This document shows, one piece after another, positions 11,323-23,559 of a DNA stretch of 64,000 nt. Both the position numbers and the translations under genes were made by a program. Source of the DNA: Arenicellales bacterium (GTDB lineage Bacteria > Pseudomonadota > Gammaproteobacteria > Arenicellales > JAJDZL01); assembly GCA_965243645.1 (NCBI GenBank), contig CBDEVD010000006.1:1488838-1552837 (forward strand), given 5' to 3'. Position 1 is the stretch's first letter, and each line of letters begins with the position of its first letter. The notes beneath the pieces are model-generated. The model made no database searches. It was not told where the DNA came from and saw only the letters and a list, made by a program, of their open reading frames with translations.

Positions 11323-11460
11323 AAGACATACACCTTGATAGTAGATCAGAAAACGGAATAAATTTGAATTCGGGAGACGGACGTACGAGACGAAGTCCGC
11401 TGCTTGTATCAGAGTTGTTATTTTACGAAGATTTGAGGTGCTGAATCGGGTGAAATTGTC

Positions 11461-11475
11461 GCCGCCCGTGGCGGC
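11461..11475 (-). terminator. Possible intrinsic terminator hairpin just downstream of the MtaB-like gene
   Basis: GCCGCC-CGT-GGCGGC stem-loop begins 12 nt after the stop at 11487. The downstream U-tract on the minus strand is weak. Confidence 0.3.
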
Positions 11476-11486
11476 TACCCGACAAA

Positions 11487-12851
11487 TTAGGGCCGAGTCT
11501 GCAAGCTGCCTAATAACCCATCCGCATACAAACTTGTGACATTCAATTTGACAAATTGATTTGACAAGTCTTGGTGACTGAAAAAGTAAATGGGGAGAAA
11601 ATTCGACAACCGCGACCGGTATACCGAATTTTGTTGATTCACCGGCCCTTCAACGAGAGCGGTACCGGTTTGGTTAACATAGCGTTCCAGTACAGTTTTG
11701 CGAACCGCTTCACCGGCTTCTCGCAACTTGCGGGCGCGCATTTTTCGAATGTCATGTGGCACCTGGCGCGGAATTCGTGCGGCAGGTGTATCGTCCCTTT
11801 CCGAATAGGCAAATACATGCGGATAAGTAATTTCCAGATCAAATATTGCCTGCCGCGTCAATTCAAAATCCGCGTCTGATTCGGTTGGAAATCCCGCCAT
11901 GATGTCGGCTGACAAAATCAGCTCGGGTCGAACTTTGCGAAGCTCAGTCACCACATCATAGACCACGTCGGGGCCATAGCGGCGCTTCATACGCTTGAGA
12001 ATGATCGGTGCAGCACTCTGCAAAGAAAGATGAATATGGGGGCAGATATTGTCATGTTGCGCCATGGCATCAATCAGGTTAGGGGTAATGTGTGCCGGGT
12101 CAATTGAACTTAAACGAAAGCGGCAATTGGGATGCCGCGCAGCCAACTCAGCAGTCAGTACTGCAATATCAATGTTCTGCTGTTTACCAGCGGCTAAATC
12201 CGCACCGTAAGAGCCCAAATCAATACCGCAAATGACAATTTCCGCAAATCCCTGACTGACGTATTGTTCCACCTGACGCATTACTGTCGTGGGTGAAATA
12301 GAACGGCTCGCACCGCGTGCTTTGTGGATGATGCAAAATGTACAACCGTTGTCGCACCCTTGCTGGACCTGCAAGTTGGCTCGACTACGCGTTTCAAATC
12401 CGGCGATGGCCTTTACGGGTAACGAAACTTGGGAATCGGTTTGGTCTAGCGGCAACAGGGACTCAGCAGGAATTTCACCCGCGATGAGTTGTGGAATCTC
12501 AAGTTTTCTGCTACCAGGAACGACGTAATCAACGCCCGGAATGCTGGCGCACTCGTCAGGCTGCATTTCTGCGTAGCAACCGGTTACGATGATTGTCGAG
12601 TCGGGATGCTTGCGTATAGCACGGCGAATCGTCTGGCGCGACTGGCGGTCAGCTTCGCGAGTCACCGTACAGGTATTGATAATACAAATTCCGTTGGCGT
12701 CGCCTTGTTTTTTAGACAACTGACGCGATTGTATCTGGTTGGTAATGTACTCTGACTCGAACAGATTGACTTTGCAACCCAAGGTCTCGACAACAACCGA
12801 GCGCGGGTCTTGAACAGAGTCAATTTGCAAAGGTGCTGACATGGAACGCAA
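11487..12851 (-). CDS. MiaB/MtaB-family radical-SAM tRNA methylthiotransferase
   Basis: 454 aa; N-terminal UPF0004-type domain ([14 protein letters not shown]), [15 protein letters not shown] radical-SAM motif and a TRAM-like C-terminus. Confidence 0.8.
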   Translation of the reverse strand: MRSMSAPLQIDSVQDPRSVVVETLGCKVNLFESEYITNQIQSRQLSKKQGDANGICIINTCTVTREADRQSRQTIRRAIRKHPDSTIIVTGCYAEMQPDECASIPGVDYVVPGSRKLEIPQLIAGEIPAESLLPLDQTDSQVSLPVKAIAGFETRSRANLQVQQGCDNGCTFCIIHKARGASRSISPTTVMRQVEQYVSQGFAEIVICGIDLGSYGADLAAGKQQNIDIAVLTAELAARHPNCRFRLSSIDPAHITPNLIDAMAQHDNICPHIHLSLQSAAPIILKRMKRRYGPDVVYDVVTELRKVRPELILSADIMAGFPTESDADFELTRQAIFDLEITYPHVFAYSERDDTPAARIPRQVPHDIRKMRARKLREAGEAVRKTVLERYVNQTGTALVEGPVNQQNSVYRSRLSNFLPIYFFSHQDLSNQFVKLNVTSLYADGLLGSLQTRP

Positions 12852-12901
12852 TCTTTAGGGTGTGCCAATGATCTGGCATACGTCAAACGACGCAATTTGA
12901 A

Positions 12902-13225
12902 TCAATCGACGGTGAAACTCTCGCCGCAACCGCACTCAGCACTAACATTGGGGTTCTGGAACACAAACGATTCTCCGAGTTCCCACTTTTCAAAGTGAAT
13001 TGTAGTGCCATCGACCAGGTCCAGACTCTTTGGATCAACGAATACATCGATACCGCAGCTTTGAAATACATGGTCATCGCTGTTTGCTTGCTCAGCAATG
13101 TCAACGATGTAGGCAAAGCCAGAGCAGCCCGTTTTGCGCACACCAAATCTTAGACCTTGATTATCTGTTCCATCCAAATAGGTTCGAACGCGATCTGCTG
13201 CGGATTCTGTCAGGATAATGGCCAT
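12902..13225 (-). CDS. A-type iron-sulfur cluster carrier (IscA/HesB family)
   Basis: 107 aa; GCSGFAY and the C-terminal ECGCGESF cysteine motif. Confidence 0.85.
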   Translation of the reverse strand: MAIILTESAADRVRTYLDGTDNQGLRFGVRKTGCSGFAYIVDIAEQANSDDHVFQSCGIDVFVDPKSLDLVDGTTIHFEKWELGESFVFQNPNVSAECGCGESFTVD

Positions 13226-13401
13226 GTCGTATTGAATCGAAGTCGGTTGTATTGCAATAGATGAGATGCATGCAAGTGTTTTTCAAGTCCTTTGAATTTT
13301 ACATCAACCTGTCAATAGGGTTTAGATTTGTAGACATCTGAGGCCGTCATGCGCTGTTGATTAATGGTTGAGACAGGATCGAACAAACCCTGCGCTGGCC
13401 C

Positions 13402-14211
13402 TCAGTTGTAGCCATCGCGAGACACAATACCAAATCCCGGCAATCGCAACGCAAGACCAATTGGATCTATACCAAAGTGTGCACCACCGATATTGAACTC
13501 GACGCCTTCTTCAAATCCCACAGTCATCCCCAGTACACCAAGCAGGGAAATTTGATAGCCAGTACCACTGGGTGCCTTGGCAAAAACTTGCCCGGACCCC
13601 AGCCAGTCCTTGCCAATGGCGGTGGGTGGTAGATCTGCTTTAAGTTCCGGAACCTGCCTTAGCACCCATGCAGTAAATGAATTGCTGTTCGGCCCCGGCC
13701 AGAGGCGATATTCGTTCGCGTATGGATAAGCCATTGCTGCCTGGTGAATTTTTTCGATGACTTCATCCACACCATCACCGCGCAGGTCGGCAAGCAGCCA
13801 AGGTTTTGCACCATACCAATTGCGGTCAGGGATGTCCTCGCGAAAGGACATGGCCGAGTTCCCGTAGCGCAAGCGCCAGCCGATTTTTTGATAGACTGTG
13901 TACGCATCTGCATTAGACGGCTTGACGGATATCCAGGTATGAACGCTCACCGCACCTCGGGCACCCCAGGTGCGTGCTGCATAAACCTGTGCAACTGCTT
14001 CACTGGCAACGGATGGATGGGGTGCGATTCCTGCTGATCCGGTTTCTGCTTCTGACCAATGTCGACCCATGTATTCACCGGACAGCAAAAGATATAGCGG
14101 CCCTGAAAAAATCAAGACCGATAAAGCAACGGTCCACAGCAACCATCGGAATAATCTTCTTTTCCATGCCATCGTTGCGGCTTGCCAGTCAAGACTTTGA
14201 CTTCCTTTCAA
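13402..14211 (-). CDS. Membrane-anchored conserved hypothetical protein (resembles DUF3750 family from memory)
   Basis: 269 aa; N-terminal TM helix. The WPGPNSNSFTAWVLRQVPELKADLPPTAIGKD block is what I associate with DUF3750. Not verified. Confidence 0.45.
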   Translation of the reverse strand: MKGSQSLDWQAATMAWKRRLFRWLLWTVALSVLIFSGPLYLLLSGEYMGRHWSEAETGSAGIAPHPSVASEAVAQVYAARTWGARGAVSVHTWISVKPSNADAYTVYQKIGWRLRYGNSAMSFREDIPDRNWYGAKPWLLADLRGDGVDEVIEKIHQAAMAYPYANEYRLWPGPNSNSFTAWVLRQVPELKADLPPTAIGKDWLGSGQVFAKAPSGTGYQISLLGVLGMTVGFEEGVEFNIGGAHFGIDPIGLALRLPGFGIVSRDGYN

Positions 14212-14929
14212 CCGCGGTCATAATGCCACGCAATATATTGACTTCATCTTCGGTTAGATCGGGTCGTAAAAAAATGCGCCGAATTTTTCTCATCAACACT
14301 TCACGGGGACTCTCTGCTATGAACTCGACTGATTCCAATACCGTTTGAAGATGTTCGAAAAAACCTTCGACTTGTGCATGCGTTGCCGGTACTTCCGATT
14401 CCTCAAGATACGGTTGATCGCCGTTCGCATGTTCGTCCGAAGCGTTTTGTTGAATGGCAAGATGCAATTCGTACAACAGTATGAGCACAGCACCAGCGAG
14501 GTTAATCGAAGGAGAAGCATCATTTACTGGAATTCGAACCAACACGTCGCATTGGTCAATGTGGCGATTGGACAGTCCAGTTCGTTCCGGACCGAACAAA
14601 ATAGCCACCTGTCTTGAATATTCTACCTCGTCGGCGATCCGCTTCATGGCCGCCCGTGGTGCCAGACTCGGCCAGCCGACCGTCCGTGTTCTCGCACTCG
14701 TACCCACAATAAATGAGCAATCCCCGATCGCATCGGCCAGGGATTCAGTCACTTTTGCATTCGCCAGGATGCCTTCATTGCCGGATGAGCGCACCCGCGC
14801 TTCTTCGACAAGATGGTTGACCGGGCGTACCATACAAAGATCGGAAAACCCCATGTTACCCATGGCGCGAGCTACCGACCCGATGTTACCGGGATGAGAA
14901 GGCTCAACTAATACGACGCGAACCGGCAC
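14189..14929 (-). CDS. trmJ: SpoU/TrmH-family tRNA 2'-O-methyltransferase (TrmJ-like)
   Basis: 246 aa; VVLVEPSHPGNIGSVARAMGNMGF N-terminus and LNLAGAV knot motif. Confidence 0.75.
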   Translation of the reverse strand: MPVRVVLVEPSHPGNIGSVARAMGNMGFSDLCMVRPVNHLVEEARVRSSGNEGILANAKVTESLADAIGDCSFIVGTSARTRTVGWPSLAPRAAMKRIADEVEYSRQVAILFGPERTGLSNRHIDQCDVLVRIPVNDASPSINLAGAVLILLYELHLAIQQNASDEHANGDQPYLEESEVPATHAQVEGFFEHLQTVLESVEFIAESPREVLMRKIRRIFLRPDLTEDEVNILRGIMTAVERKSKS

Positions 14930-14959
14930 TGGAAACTTGATCGAAGATTCACCTACTGC

Positions 14960-16438
14960 TTAACGCAATATGAACGGGTTGGGCATCTCAGTTGCCGTTG
15001 ACAGCCACACACTTTTGACCTGCAGATAGTCTCGAATCGCAGCAATACCACTTTCACGTCCCAGGCCGCTACGCTTCATGCCGCCGAACGGCATCATGTA
15101 GCTGAACGCCCGATAAGTGTTAACCCAGACTGTTCCTGCCTTTAAGGCCTTGGTAAATCGCATCGCCCGACGGATATCTTTGGTCCACACGCCAGCAGCC
15201 AGACCATAGACGACATCATTTCCGATCTGGATCGCTTCTTCCTCATCCTTGAATTTCAAAACCGATAGCACAGGACCGAATACTTCTTCCTGCGCAATAC
15301 GCATATCATTGGAAACATTGGTAAAAATAGTTGGCTCAACAAATTGATTGGCATCGGCACCCGGTACTGAACAGGGTGAGCCGCCAAACACCAATTGTGC
15401 ACCTTCCTGCTTGGCTATATCAATGTAGGAGAGGACTTTTTCATATTGCTGCGGAGTGGTTACGGGTCCAATGTGGGTACCTGGTTCCATTGGGTTGCCC
15501 ATTTTTGCGGATTTAGCCAAATTCAACAGGCGTTCCATAAATTCATCATGAATACTTTCCTGGACCAGCAATCGAGAGCCCGCAACACAGGTTTGTCCTG
15601 TTGCACCAAAAATTCCTGCAACCGCCCCTTTTGCTGCCATGTCAAGATCAGCATCCTCAAACACGATATTTGGCGATTTGCCACCCAGTTCAAGTGAAAC
15701 ATGCTTGATATTTCCGGCTGCACTTTCATAAATTTTCTGACCGGAAAGATCTGAACCAGTGAACGTAATCTTAGCGACATCCGGGTGATTCACCAGGTTG
15801 GCACCAACTTCTGCGCCGTAGCCACTGATCACGTTAAACACACCATCCGGGAATCCGGCTTGTTTGACCAGCTCTGCATATTCGAGTGAGCTGGCTGAGG
15901 TAAATTCAGACGGTTTTACGACAACCGTATTTCCGGCTGCCAATGCTGGTGCACACTTCCATGCAATAAAAAGAAGTGGAGAATTCCAGGCTGTAATCGC
16001 GGCAACAACTCCCAGTGGCTCATAGGTTGTATAAGCAAACGCATCCTTTTTATCAATGGGCATGATTGAACCTTCAATCTTGTCTGCCAAGCCACCAAAG
16101 TAATACCACCATTCTGGGTGATACGTCATCTGTGCTTTCATTTCAGAGAATAACTTGCCGTTGTCTTTCACCTCAAGTGCCGCCAGCCGGTCAGCATTGT
16201 CTGCCACCAGATCGCCGAGTCGTCGCATCAATTTACCGCGCGCACTGGCACTGAGTTCTGCCCATTCGGGACTTTCGAATGCTGCTTTGGCAGCCCCCAC
16301 CGCGTTATTGACATCTTCTGCGTTACCATTGGGTACCCGGGCCCAGGTTTCGCCGGAAAACGGATCGACACTCTCGATCCATTCGCCACTGGCAGAGTCA
16401 ACATATTGCCCGTTAATGAAATTCTGATAGGTTTTCAT
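14960..16438 (-). CDS. NAD(P)-dependent aldehyde dehydrogenase (paralogue of 2158-3624)
   Basis: 492 aa; LELGGKSP and GQTCVAGSR motifs. Colinear with the first ALDH. Confidence 0.9.
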   Translation of the reverse strand: MKTYQNFINGQYVDSASGEWIESVDPFSGETWARVPNGNAEDVNNAVGAAKAAFESPEWAELSASARGKLMRRLGDLVADNADRLAALEVKDNGKLFSEMKAQMTYHPEWWYYFGGLADKIEGSIMPIDKKDAFAYTTYEPLGVVAAITAWNSPLLFIAWKCAPALAAGNTVVVKPSEFTSASSLEYAELVKQAGFPDGVFNVISGYGAEVGANLVNHPDVAKITFTGSDLSGQKIYESAAGNIKHVSLELGGKSPNIVFEDADLDMAAKGAVAGIFGATGQTCVAGSRLLVQESIHDEFMERLLNLAKSAKMGNPMEPGTHIGPVTTPQQYEKVLSYIDIAKQEGAQLVFGGSPCSVPGADANQFVEPTIFTNVSNDMRIAQEEVFGPVLSVLKFKDEEEAIQIGNDVVYGLAAGVWTKDIRRAMRFTKALKAGTVWVNTYRAFSYMMPFGGMKRSGLGRESGIAAIRDYLQVKSVWLSTATEMPNPFILR

Positions 16439-16927
16439 TTGGTTTTACTCACGATTTGAAAGGGTTGGTATAAGTAATAAAGTCCAACGGCTCGAGCACA
16501 AGTGCTATGACGCTGACTGGATAAGGAACAGACACAGCTTTTTTTGCAAATGCTGTACCGATCAATAATTTCAAAAATTCTGAAAGTGCAAAACATTATC
16601 TTACATGCTGACGAAACCAGGCTGAGCGAATGGTCGTCGTCGCCTGCGATATGAATCCAGCCCACTTTTCTAACGATCTTCCCCTCTAATGTCCCTGAAT
16701 CAGGGTTAAACCACCATTGACACAGAATAAAATGAACGTTTGACAAATGGATAAATTTCCGGTGATTTCATTCACTGATCCTGGCTTTTTAAGTGCAATA
16801 CGAACCTCAGAGTGAAATCGGTTCACTTAAAGGGGTAGCGAGAAAAAATCAAAGATTCAATTGCCGCTCCTGAGTCAACAAATCACACTTTTCCTGATCC
16901 ATTCGATCCAACTTTACTGGTACCATC

Positions 16928-17737
16928 ATGCATCCACTGCTCAATATTGCGATTTCGGCTGCCCGACGTGCCGGTAAAACCATCATGCACAAATCCTACC
17001 GTGTCGATCAATTAAAGTTTGACCTCAAAGGGGCGCGTGATTTCGTCACCAACGTTGACGTCCTCGCGGAACAACAAATCGTCGAAACCATTCACGATGC
17101 CTACCCCAATCACGCAATTCTCGCCGAAGAGAGCTACCCCGTCGGTGGCGATGATTTCGAGTGGATCATTGACCCCCTGGACGGCACGCTCAATTTCATG
17201 CATGGTATCCCGCAGTTCTGTATCTCGATCGCGATACGCCAACACGGTAGACTCGCACACGCGGTTGTTTACGATCCGGTGCACGAAGAACTGTTTACCG
17301 CATCAAATGGCGGGGGTGCACATCTTAATGATCGAAGAATTCGCGCCAGTGCAATCGGTAAATTGGAGTACGCGTTGATCGGAACTGGTTTTCCTTTTCG
17401 AGAAATGGATAACGTCGAACTTTGGATCGCTATTTTCCGGGAGCTGTCAAAGAAAACGTCTGGAATCAGACGCCCAGGATCTGCTGCTTTGGATTTAGCC
17501 TACGTCGCATGTGGTCGATTTGATGGCTTCTGGGAGTCCGGCCTAAAGATTTGGGACCTCGCCGCCGGTGCGCTGTTGGTTCAGGAAGCAGGCGGTATCA
17601 TTTCGGATTTCGAAGGGAATCAGGATTTTCTGGAAAATGGGACGATCGTCGCAGGTAATCCAAACCTGTACGATGAGATTGCCCGAATTGTGAACCGTAA
17701 ATGCAGGGAACACGAGCCAAACAAACGCAGCAGATGA
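16928..17737 (+). CDS. suhB: Inositol monophosphatase family protein
   Basis: 269 aa; [12 protein letters not shown] and WDLAAG motifs of the IMPase family. Confidence 0.9.
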   Translation: MHPLLNIAISAARRAGKTIMHKSYRVDQLKFDLKGARDFVTNVDVLAEQQIVETIHDAYPNHAILAEESYPVGGDDFEWIIDPLDGTLNFMHGIPQFCISIAIRQHGRLAHAVVYDPVHEELFTASNGGGAHLNDRRIRASAIGKLEYALIGTGFPFREMDNVELWIAIFRELSKKTSGIRRPGSAALDLAYVACGRFDGFWESGLKIWDLAAGALLVQEAGGIISDFEGNQDFLENGTIVAGNPNLYDEIARIVNRKCREHEPNKRSR

Positions 17738-20307
17738 CCGCGAAGCCTGACAGCCGCGTCACACCGATGATGCAGCAGTACTTGCGAATCAAGGCAGATT
17801 ACCCCGACACACTGCTTTTTTACCGCATGGGTGATTTTTATGAACTCTTTTTTGAAGATGCGGAAAAAGCCTCAGAACTACTCGGCATTACATTAACCAG
17901 TCGCAGCAAGTCCAGCCCCAACCCAATCAAGATGGCTGGTGTTCCGTTTCACAGCATTAACCAGTACATTCGAAAGCTGGTGAGTCTATCCTTACCGGTT
18001 GCTATCTGCGAACAGGTCGGAGACCCAGCCACTTCCAAGGGTCCGGTTGAACGAAAAGTAACCCGAGTGATTACCCCGGGGACGCTTACCGACGAAGACT
18101 TGCTGGATGAAAGATCAGACAGTCTGCTCTGTGCGCTGGCTGAAATCAGCGATCAATGGACACTGGCTACCCTTGACGTTGCCAGCGGGCGCTTTACTGC
18201 GCGTGAAATGCCATCTTTTGAGTCCATCGTTTCGGAAGTCGATCGCATCAAACCGGCAGAGATTCTTATTTCAGAAGTCGCCACGTTTACCCCGCTGCAA
18301 AACAAGAATGCACAGGAGGTGCCCCACTGGTACTTCAATCTTGATCGTTCTCTGGCCCTGCTGCAAAAACAGTTTCAAGTCAGAAATCTTACTGCCTTTG
18401 AATGTGAGCAGCATCCCGAAGCATCAGCAACCGCAGGTGCGCTGCTGCAGTACGCAATCGATGTCTGGGGGAAAGAGCTCCCCCACATACATGGCCTGCA
18501 GATTGAAAAGCCCGATGAGTTCGTCTTAATCGATGCTCACAGCTGGCGAAATCTGGAAATTGAAACAACACTGCTCGGTGACACCAGCAACAGCCTATTG
18601 AAACTGTTCGATCAATGTGCGACAACCATGGGCTCCAGGCAGCTGCGCCGCTGGTTTCGTTATCCGCTACGCGATCACGGCGCGATTCGACTACGTCATC
18701 GTATCATCGAACATTATTTGGATTCTACCGATGCCAAGTTAGTAGCTGGGACATTGCGCAATATTGGTGATATCGAACGCATCGCTTCCAGAATCGCTAC
18801 TCGAACTGCCAAACCTGTTGATCTGGTGCGTTTGAAGGATGCACTGAATGTGGTTCCAGAGCTGATTGAGCAATCAAATCCAGTCGAGTGCCCAGAGATG
18901 GCAGAGCTTGGTAGCCGACTGAATTGCCTGCCTGAAATGACTGAATTGCTCGAACGTGCCATATTGGATGAACCTGCGGCAACGCTACGCGACGGTGGTG
19001 TGATTAAAACCGGATTTGATGCACAACTTGATGAATTGATTCGTCTGCGAGATGACTCGGGACAGGCGCTGGTTGAGCTTGAAATTCGCGAACGGGAACG
19101 CACAGGAATCAAGAATCTCAAGGTTCACTACAACCGGGTACACGGTTATTACATTGAAATTTCACGACTCATGGCCGATCAAATTCCGGAAGACTATATC
19201 CGGCGCCAAACATTGAAATCGTCTGAGCGATACATCACGCCAGAGCTACAGGCATTTGAAAGTCGCATATTGAGTGCCAAAGAACAAGCACTTGCTCGCG
19301 AGCGGGAACTCTATGAAACTCTGATTGAACAGCTTCAATCTTTTGTAACGCCGGTGCAATCGACTGCACAGGCGCTAGCTGAAATCGATGTGCTGTGCAA
19401 CTTTGCGATTGTTGCCAATCAGCTAAATCTCAACCGACCAGAACTTGTCGATCGGCCTGGAATTTCAATCGACAACGGCAGACACCCCCTGGTTGAAACC
19501 ATGCTGGACAAACCCTTTGTGCCGAATGGGGTGGAACTCAATCAAGTCCATCGCCTACTACTGGTTACGGGTCCGAATATGGGCGGCAAAAGTACCTATA
19601 TGCGCCAAACTGCGCTGATCGTTTTGCTCGGCCACACAGGATCATTTGTTCCAGCTGCCTCAGCTGTCATTGGTCCGATCGACCGAATTTTTACCCGTAT
19701 CGGTGCATCTGATGATCTGGTTGCAGGGAATTCAACGTTTATGGTCGAAATGACAGAAATGGCCACCATCTTGCACAGCGCAACTGAAAAGAGCCTGGTC
19801 CTGGTAGATGAAATTGGACGAGGAACAAGTACCTACGACGGTCTCGCGCTGGCCTGGGCCTGCGCAACCAGTTTGCTCGACGATGTTCGCGCAATGACCA
19901 TGTTTTCAACCCACTATTTTGAAATCACCGCGCTCGCCAACGAAAGACCCGGTGCCAAGAACGTGCATCTTGATGCTGTAGAACACAAAGGTAACATCGT
20001 CTTTATGTATGACGTGAAAGAAGGGGCAGCCAATCAAAGTTATGGCATACAGGTTGCAAAACTGGCAGGAATTCCGAACAGTGTGATCAAAGAAGCAATG
20101 AAACGGCTGGTAAAATTGGCTAATGCTCCTACTGCACAAGATCCTGTTTTCGTTCAAGGTGTGATGCAAGCCAACATTTTCAGCGAAAAACAACCGCCAC
20201 ATTCTGCTACACTGGAACGCCTTGAACAAATCCAGCCCGATGAATTGAGTCCTCGAGAAGCATTGCAACTATTGTACGAACTCAAAGACATGGACAGCGA
20301 ACACTAA
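17734..20307 (+). CDS. mutS: DNA mismatch repair protein MutS
   Basis: [17 protein letters not shown]-terminus, Walker [22 protein letters not shown] chose the start at 17734 (ATGA overlap with the suhB stop) rather than the track start at 17701. Confidence 0.96.
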   Translation: MTAKPDSRVTPMMQQYLRIKADYPDTLLFYRMGDFYELFFEDAEKASELLGITLTSRSKSSPNPIKMAGVPFHSINQYIRKLVSLSLPVAICEQVGDPATSKGPVERKVTRVITPGTLTDEDLLDERSDSLLCALAEISDQWTLATLDVASGRFTAREMPSFESIVSEVDRIKPAEILISEVATFTPLQNKNAQEVPHWYFNLDRSLALLQKQFQVRNLTAFECEQHPEASATAGALLQYAIDVWGKELPHIHGLQIEKPDEFVLIDAHSWRNLEIETTLLGDTSNSLLKLFDQCATTMGSRQLRRWFRYPLRDHGAIRLRHRIIEHYLDSTDAKLVAGTLRNIGDIERIASRIATRTAKPVDLVRLKDALNVVPELIEQSNPVECPEMAELGSRLNCLPEMTELLERAILDEPAATLRDGGVIKTGFDAQLDELIRLRDDSGQALVELEIRERERTGIKNLKVHYNRVHGYYIEISRLMADQIPEDYIRRQTLKSSERYITPELQAFESRILSAKEQALARERELYETLIEQLQSFVTPVQSTAQALAEIDVLCNFAIVANQLNLNRPELVDRPGISIDNGRHPLVETMLDKPFVPNGVELNQVHRLLLVTGPNMGGKSTYMRQTALIVLLGHTGSFVPAASAVIGPIDRIFTRIGASDDLVAGNSTFMVEMTEMATILHSATEKSLVLVDEIGRGTSTYDGLALAWACATSLLDDVRAMTMFSTHYFEITALANERPGAKNVHLDAVEHKGNIVFMYDVKEGAANQSYGIQVAKLAGIPNSVIKEAMKRLVKLANAPTAQDPVFVQGVMQANIFSEKQPPHSATLERLEQIQPDELSPREALQLLYELKDMDSEH

Positions 20308-20506
20308 TATAATTGGTGCAAATGGAATAAACGCTAATTGGACAAATGACAACATGATTGGCCATAATTCGGCGGTTCTAACCCTTTGTTTTCTCTAACG
20401 CATACTGCAACCTGAATCCAAATCCTATTCGGTTCTTGGCCTTCAAGGAGTGGAGACCCAGACAATTCTTTAAATCACTATTCCCTTTGTGAATTGAACT
20501 GAACCC

Positions 20507-20830
20507 ATGACTTATATCGTTACCGAATCCTGCATTCGCTGTAAATACACAGACTGTGTTGAGGTGTGTCCTGTTGACTGTTTCCATGAAGGACCGAATA
20601 TGCTGGTAATCGACCCGGAAGAGTGCATCGACTGCAGTCTTTGCGAACCAGAATGCCCAGTCAATGCGATTTATGCTGAAGATGATCTGCCTGATGAGCA
20701 ACAGGAGTTTCTGGAACTGAACGCTGAATTGAGCCTGGTCTGGCCGGTCATTTCCGCCATCATTGAGGCACCGCCCGATGCCGCAGAATGGGAAGAAGTC
20801 AAAGAGAAACGACAATTCCTCGAACGTTGA
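20507..20830 (+). CDS. fdxA: 7Fe ferredoxin (3Fe-4S/4Fe-4S)
   Basis: 107 aa; [18 protein letters not shown] and [12 protein letters not shown] cluster motifs. Confidence 0.9.
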   Translation: MTYIVTESCIRCKYTDCVEVCPVDCFHEGPNMLVIDPEECIDCSLCEPECPVNAIYAEDDLPDEQQEFLELNAELSLVWPVISAIIEAPPDAAEWEEVKEKRQFLER

Positions 20831-20861
20831 ATCAGTATTGGAATACAAAAGGAGCTTGAAC

Positions 20862-21650
20862 ATGCACGATGAACGTGCCCAACAGGCAGCGGCAACATTG
20901 TGGGCGCTTTGGCAGGCGGGAGAAACAGTCAATTCGCTGCCAGCGCACTGTAAACCCGAGACCGAAACTGAAGGCCGAAACGCCCAATTGTTTTATCCAG
21001 AACTCTCGGGAGACCACATCGGTGGCTGGAAAATTGCGGCAACCAGTGCGGGCGGGCAAAAGCATATTGGTGTGACCGCACCGCTTGAAGGGCCATACTT
21101 AAAGTCGCACATTCACCAAGACGGCGCAGTATTGTCAATGGCGGGCAATCACATGGCAGTTGCTGAGGCAGAGTTTGCTTTTTATTTTGACCACGGTCTG
21201 GATTGTCGCACTGAACCTTACTCAACTGAGGAAGTTCTCAATGCAATTACCAGTCTGCATCCCAGTCTTGAGTTTCCAGACTCAAGGCTTTCAGATTTTG
21301 CGAATGCGGGTATAGAAACTCTGTTGGCCGACTGTGCCTGTTGCCGCGACTGGGTGGTCGGTGCAGCCACTTCTGTCGACTGGCAGCGGGCTGATCTCGC
21401 ATCTGCACCAACCAAACTCATTATCAACAACGAAATCGTGACCGAAGGCACCGGTCGCGACGCACTTGGAGGTCCACTGACAGCACTCACTTGGGTAATC
21501 AATCAACTGTCAACCCGAAAAATTGCCATCGAAGCCGGCCAATACGTTACTACCGGAGTCTGCGGTCTGCCCAAACCAATCCGTGCTGGTGACCAGGTGA
21601 CCTGCGATCTTGGCGAATTCGGTAGCGTTAGCGCCACTGTGGTTGATTGA
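20862..21650 (+). CDS. 2-keto-4-pentenoate hydratase / MhpD-like hydratase-decarboxylase family protein
   Basis: Start chosen at ATG 20862, preceded by AAAAGGAG. GGWKIAATSAGGQKHIGV...VAEAEFAF pattern resembles MhpD-type hydratases. Confidence 0.65.
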   Translation: MHDERAQQAAATLWALWQAGETVNSLPAHCKPETETEGRNAQLFYPELSGDHIGGWKIAATSAGGQKHIGVTAPLEGPYLKSHIHQDGAVLSMAGNHMAVAEAEFAFYFDHGLDCRTEPYSTEEVLNAITSLHPSLEFPDSRLSDFANAGIETLLADCACCRDWVVGAATSVDWQRADLASAPTKLIINNEIVTEGTGRDALGGPLTALTWVINQLSTRKIAIEAGQYVTTGVCGLPKPIRAGDQVTCDLGEFGSVSATVVD

Positions 21651-21807
21651 TACTTATTCGATCTGACCGGTTAACCTCATCGTCGGTGAAACTAAGCCTT
21701 GGATTGCATTGAAATTCCTTGCTCGAATCAGTGCATGATCCGCGAGCCATGACCCACTGCATGCGATGTCATTGGAAAGCGTCAAATAGTGTCTGCGAGA
21801 GCGGCTG

Positions 21808-22911
21808 ATGTCGGACCTCTACGTAATCAACAATCCAGACGAGATCTATTCACCCGGATTGGTGGTATTTGATGAAGTCTTGTGGGAAAACCTTGCCCGC
21901 ATGAAGAAGATTGCCGGCAACCCAAATAGGCTTCGACCCCACTGCAAAACCCATAAGATGATTGACATCATCCGGATGGAAATCAGCATGGGGATATTGA
22001 AACACAAGTGTGCTACCTTTGCCGAAGCTGAAATGCTCGCACTTGCAGGTGCACATGAAGTGACGCTTGCCTACAATCCTGTTGGGCCGAATATTGACCG
22101 CGCTGTGCAATATCGGCGGCGATATCCAAAAGTTAATTTTTCTGTAACTGCTGATCATAGTGAACCATTGAAGGCACTCAGTGCCGCAATGGAAAATGCA
22201 CAGATTGATATTGACGTACTTCTCGACATTAACCCAGGTCTAGGTAGAACAGGATTGAAACCTGGTAATAGGGCTGCCGAAATATATTCTTTGATCGATC
22301 ACCTACCGAATCTACACCCCGCAGGGTTTCATGTCTATGATGGCCACAACCATCAAACGTCGCTTGATGAACGCCAGGCGGCGGTCGACGTAATATGGTC
22401 GCAGGTGCAGGCGTTTCGCAACAAGGTGAACAATGCTTCATTGCCTGTACCCAAAATTATTGCTGGTGGAACAGGAACATTTCCGCTATATGCACAATTG
22501 GAGGATCCTTCCATCGAACTGAGCCCCGGTACCTGCGTCTTCCATGATGCCGGATATTCACAACTATTTCCAGATTTGCCATTTACTCCGGCAGCTTTGC
22601 TACTCACTCGAGTCATCAGTCGTCCTTCGTCTGACCATGTGACATTTGATCTTGGTCACAAAGCCTGCGCTGCGGACCCGCCAGCAGGTCATCGATTACA
22701 GTTTCCATCGATTCCAGACGCCCGTGAGGTATTGCAAAATGAAGAGCACCTTGTGATTCAAACGGCACGGGCTGCCAACTATCAGCCGGGTGATTTCGAA
22801 TTGGCGATTCCGACTCACATCTGTCCGACCTCAGCACTTCATACACACGCGTGGGTAATTCAGAGTGGGATAGTCGCTGGTAAGTGGGAAGTTACCGCGA
22901 GACATCGTTAA
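21808..22911 (+). CDS. PLP-dependent D-serine dehydratase-like / D-threonine aldolase family enzyme (alanine-racemase N-terminal fold)
   Basis: 367 aa; LRPHCKTHK (PLP-lysine context) near the N-terminus, then ATFAEAEMLALAG. Confidence 0.7.
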   Translation: MSDLYVINNPDEIYSPGLVVFDEVLWENLARMKKIAGNPNRLRPHCKTHKMIDIIRMEISMGILKHKCATFAEAEMLALAGAHEVTLAYNPVGPNIDRAVQYRRRYPKVNFSVTADHSEPLKALSAAMENAQIDIDVLLDINPGLGRTGLKPGNRAAEIYSLIDHLPNLHPAGFHVYDGHNHQTSLDERQAAVDVIWSQVQAFRNKVNNASLPVPKIIAGGTGTFPLYAQLEDPSIELSPGTCVFHDAGYSQLFPDLPFTPAALLLTRVISRPSSDHVTFDLGHKACAADPPAGHRLQFPSIPDAREVLQNEEHLVIQTARAANYQPGDFELAIPTHICPTSALHTHAWVIQSGIVAGKWEVTARHR

Positions 22912-23007
22912 TGGCTTGACACGCATTGGATTGAGAACCGGAAATTTGGATTACCCTCCAATTCATGGGGCTGGTGAAAGCCGGAAATCGAGTAGGCTTG
23001 GTGGCCG

Positions 23008-23559
23008 TTAAATTTTCTGCGAAAAATCCTTTGAATGTGTAATCAGCTTATATTGAGCACCAGTGTTGGTCAAAGTGGAGTGAACAAGACAAAGCGCTTG
23101 GACCTGCCACGATATTGGCTCGATTTGTGTATGCACCCGCTTAGGGACCTTTCTTGCAAGCGTTACGTGTGGAGTAAACTTGCGGCGCTTAGCAACATAG
23201 GTTTTGAGGACTCGTTGAATTTGTTTCGATAAATCTGCAAGTTCAATGCTGAGGTGATCAAGGCCTGCCCAAACGATATTGTTATGCGGCCAATAGCCAA
23301 TTCGATTGATCGCCAGGGAGAAAGGTGCAAGCTCAAATTGTTCGATCAACGATTTGATCACCAGCGCATCTTCCTTAGGTATATCACCCAAAAACAACAA
23401 TGTCATATGAAGATTCTTGGCCGGCGTTGGTCGTCCCAACCGGGCTAAGTCCAATCGAGTCTGAACCTCGCAAAGCGCCGATCTAACTGCATCATCTGGC
23501 CACAAGGCGACGAACAGTCGCTGAACCCTAGCTTCTGTCACAGTCTTTGATAAATTCAA
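23008..23559 (-). CDS. thpR: RNA 2',3'-cyclic phosphodiesterase (2H family)
   Basis: 183 aa with two HxT motifs (HMTLLFLG, HVTLARK). Confidence 0.85.
   Translation of the reverse strand: MNLSKTVTEARVQRLFVALWPDDAVRSALCEVQTRLDLARLGRPTPAKNLHMTLLFLGDIPKEDALVIKSLIEQFELAPFSLAINRIGYWPHNNIVWAGLDHLSIELADLSKQIQRVLKTYVAKRRKFTPHVTLARKVPKRVHTQIEPISWQVQALCLVHSTLTNTGAQYKLITHSKDFSQKI

Noticed and set aside
20378-20932. 184-aa minus-strand ORF across the ferredoxin gene
   Set aside because: It is antisense to a ferredoxin with perfect Cys-cluster motifs and has no features of its own.
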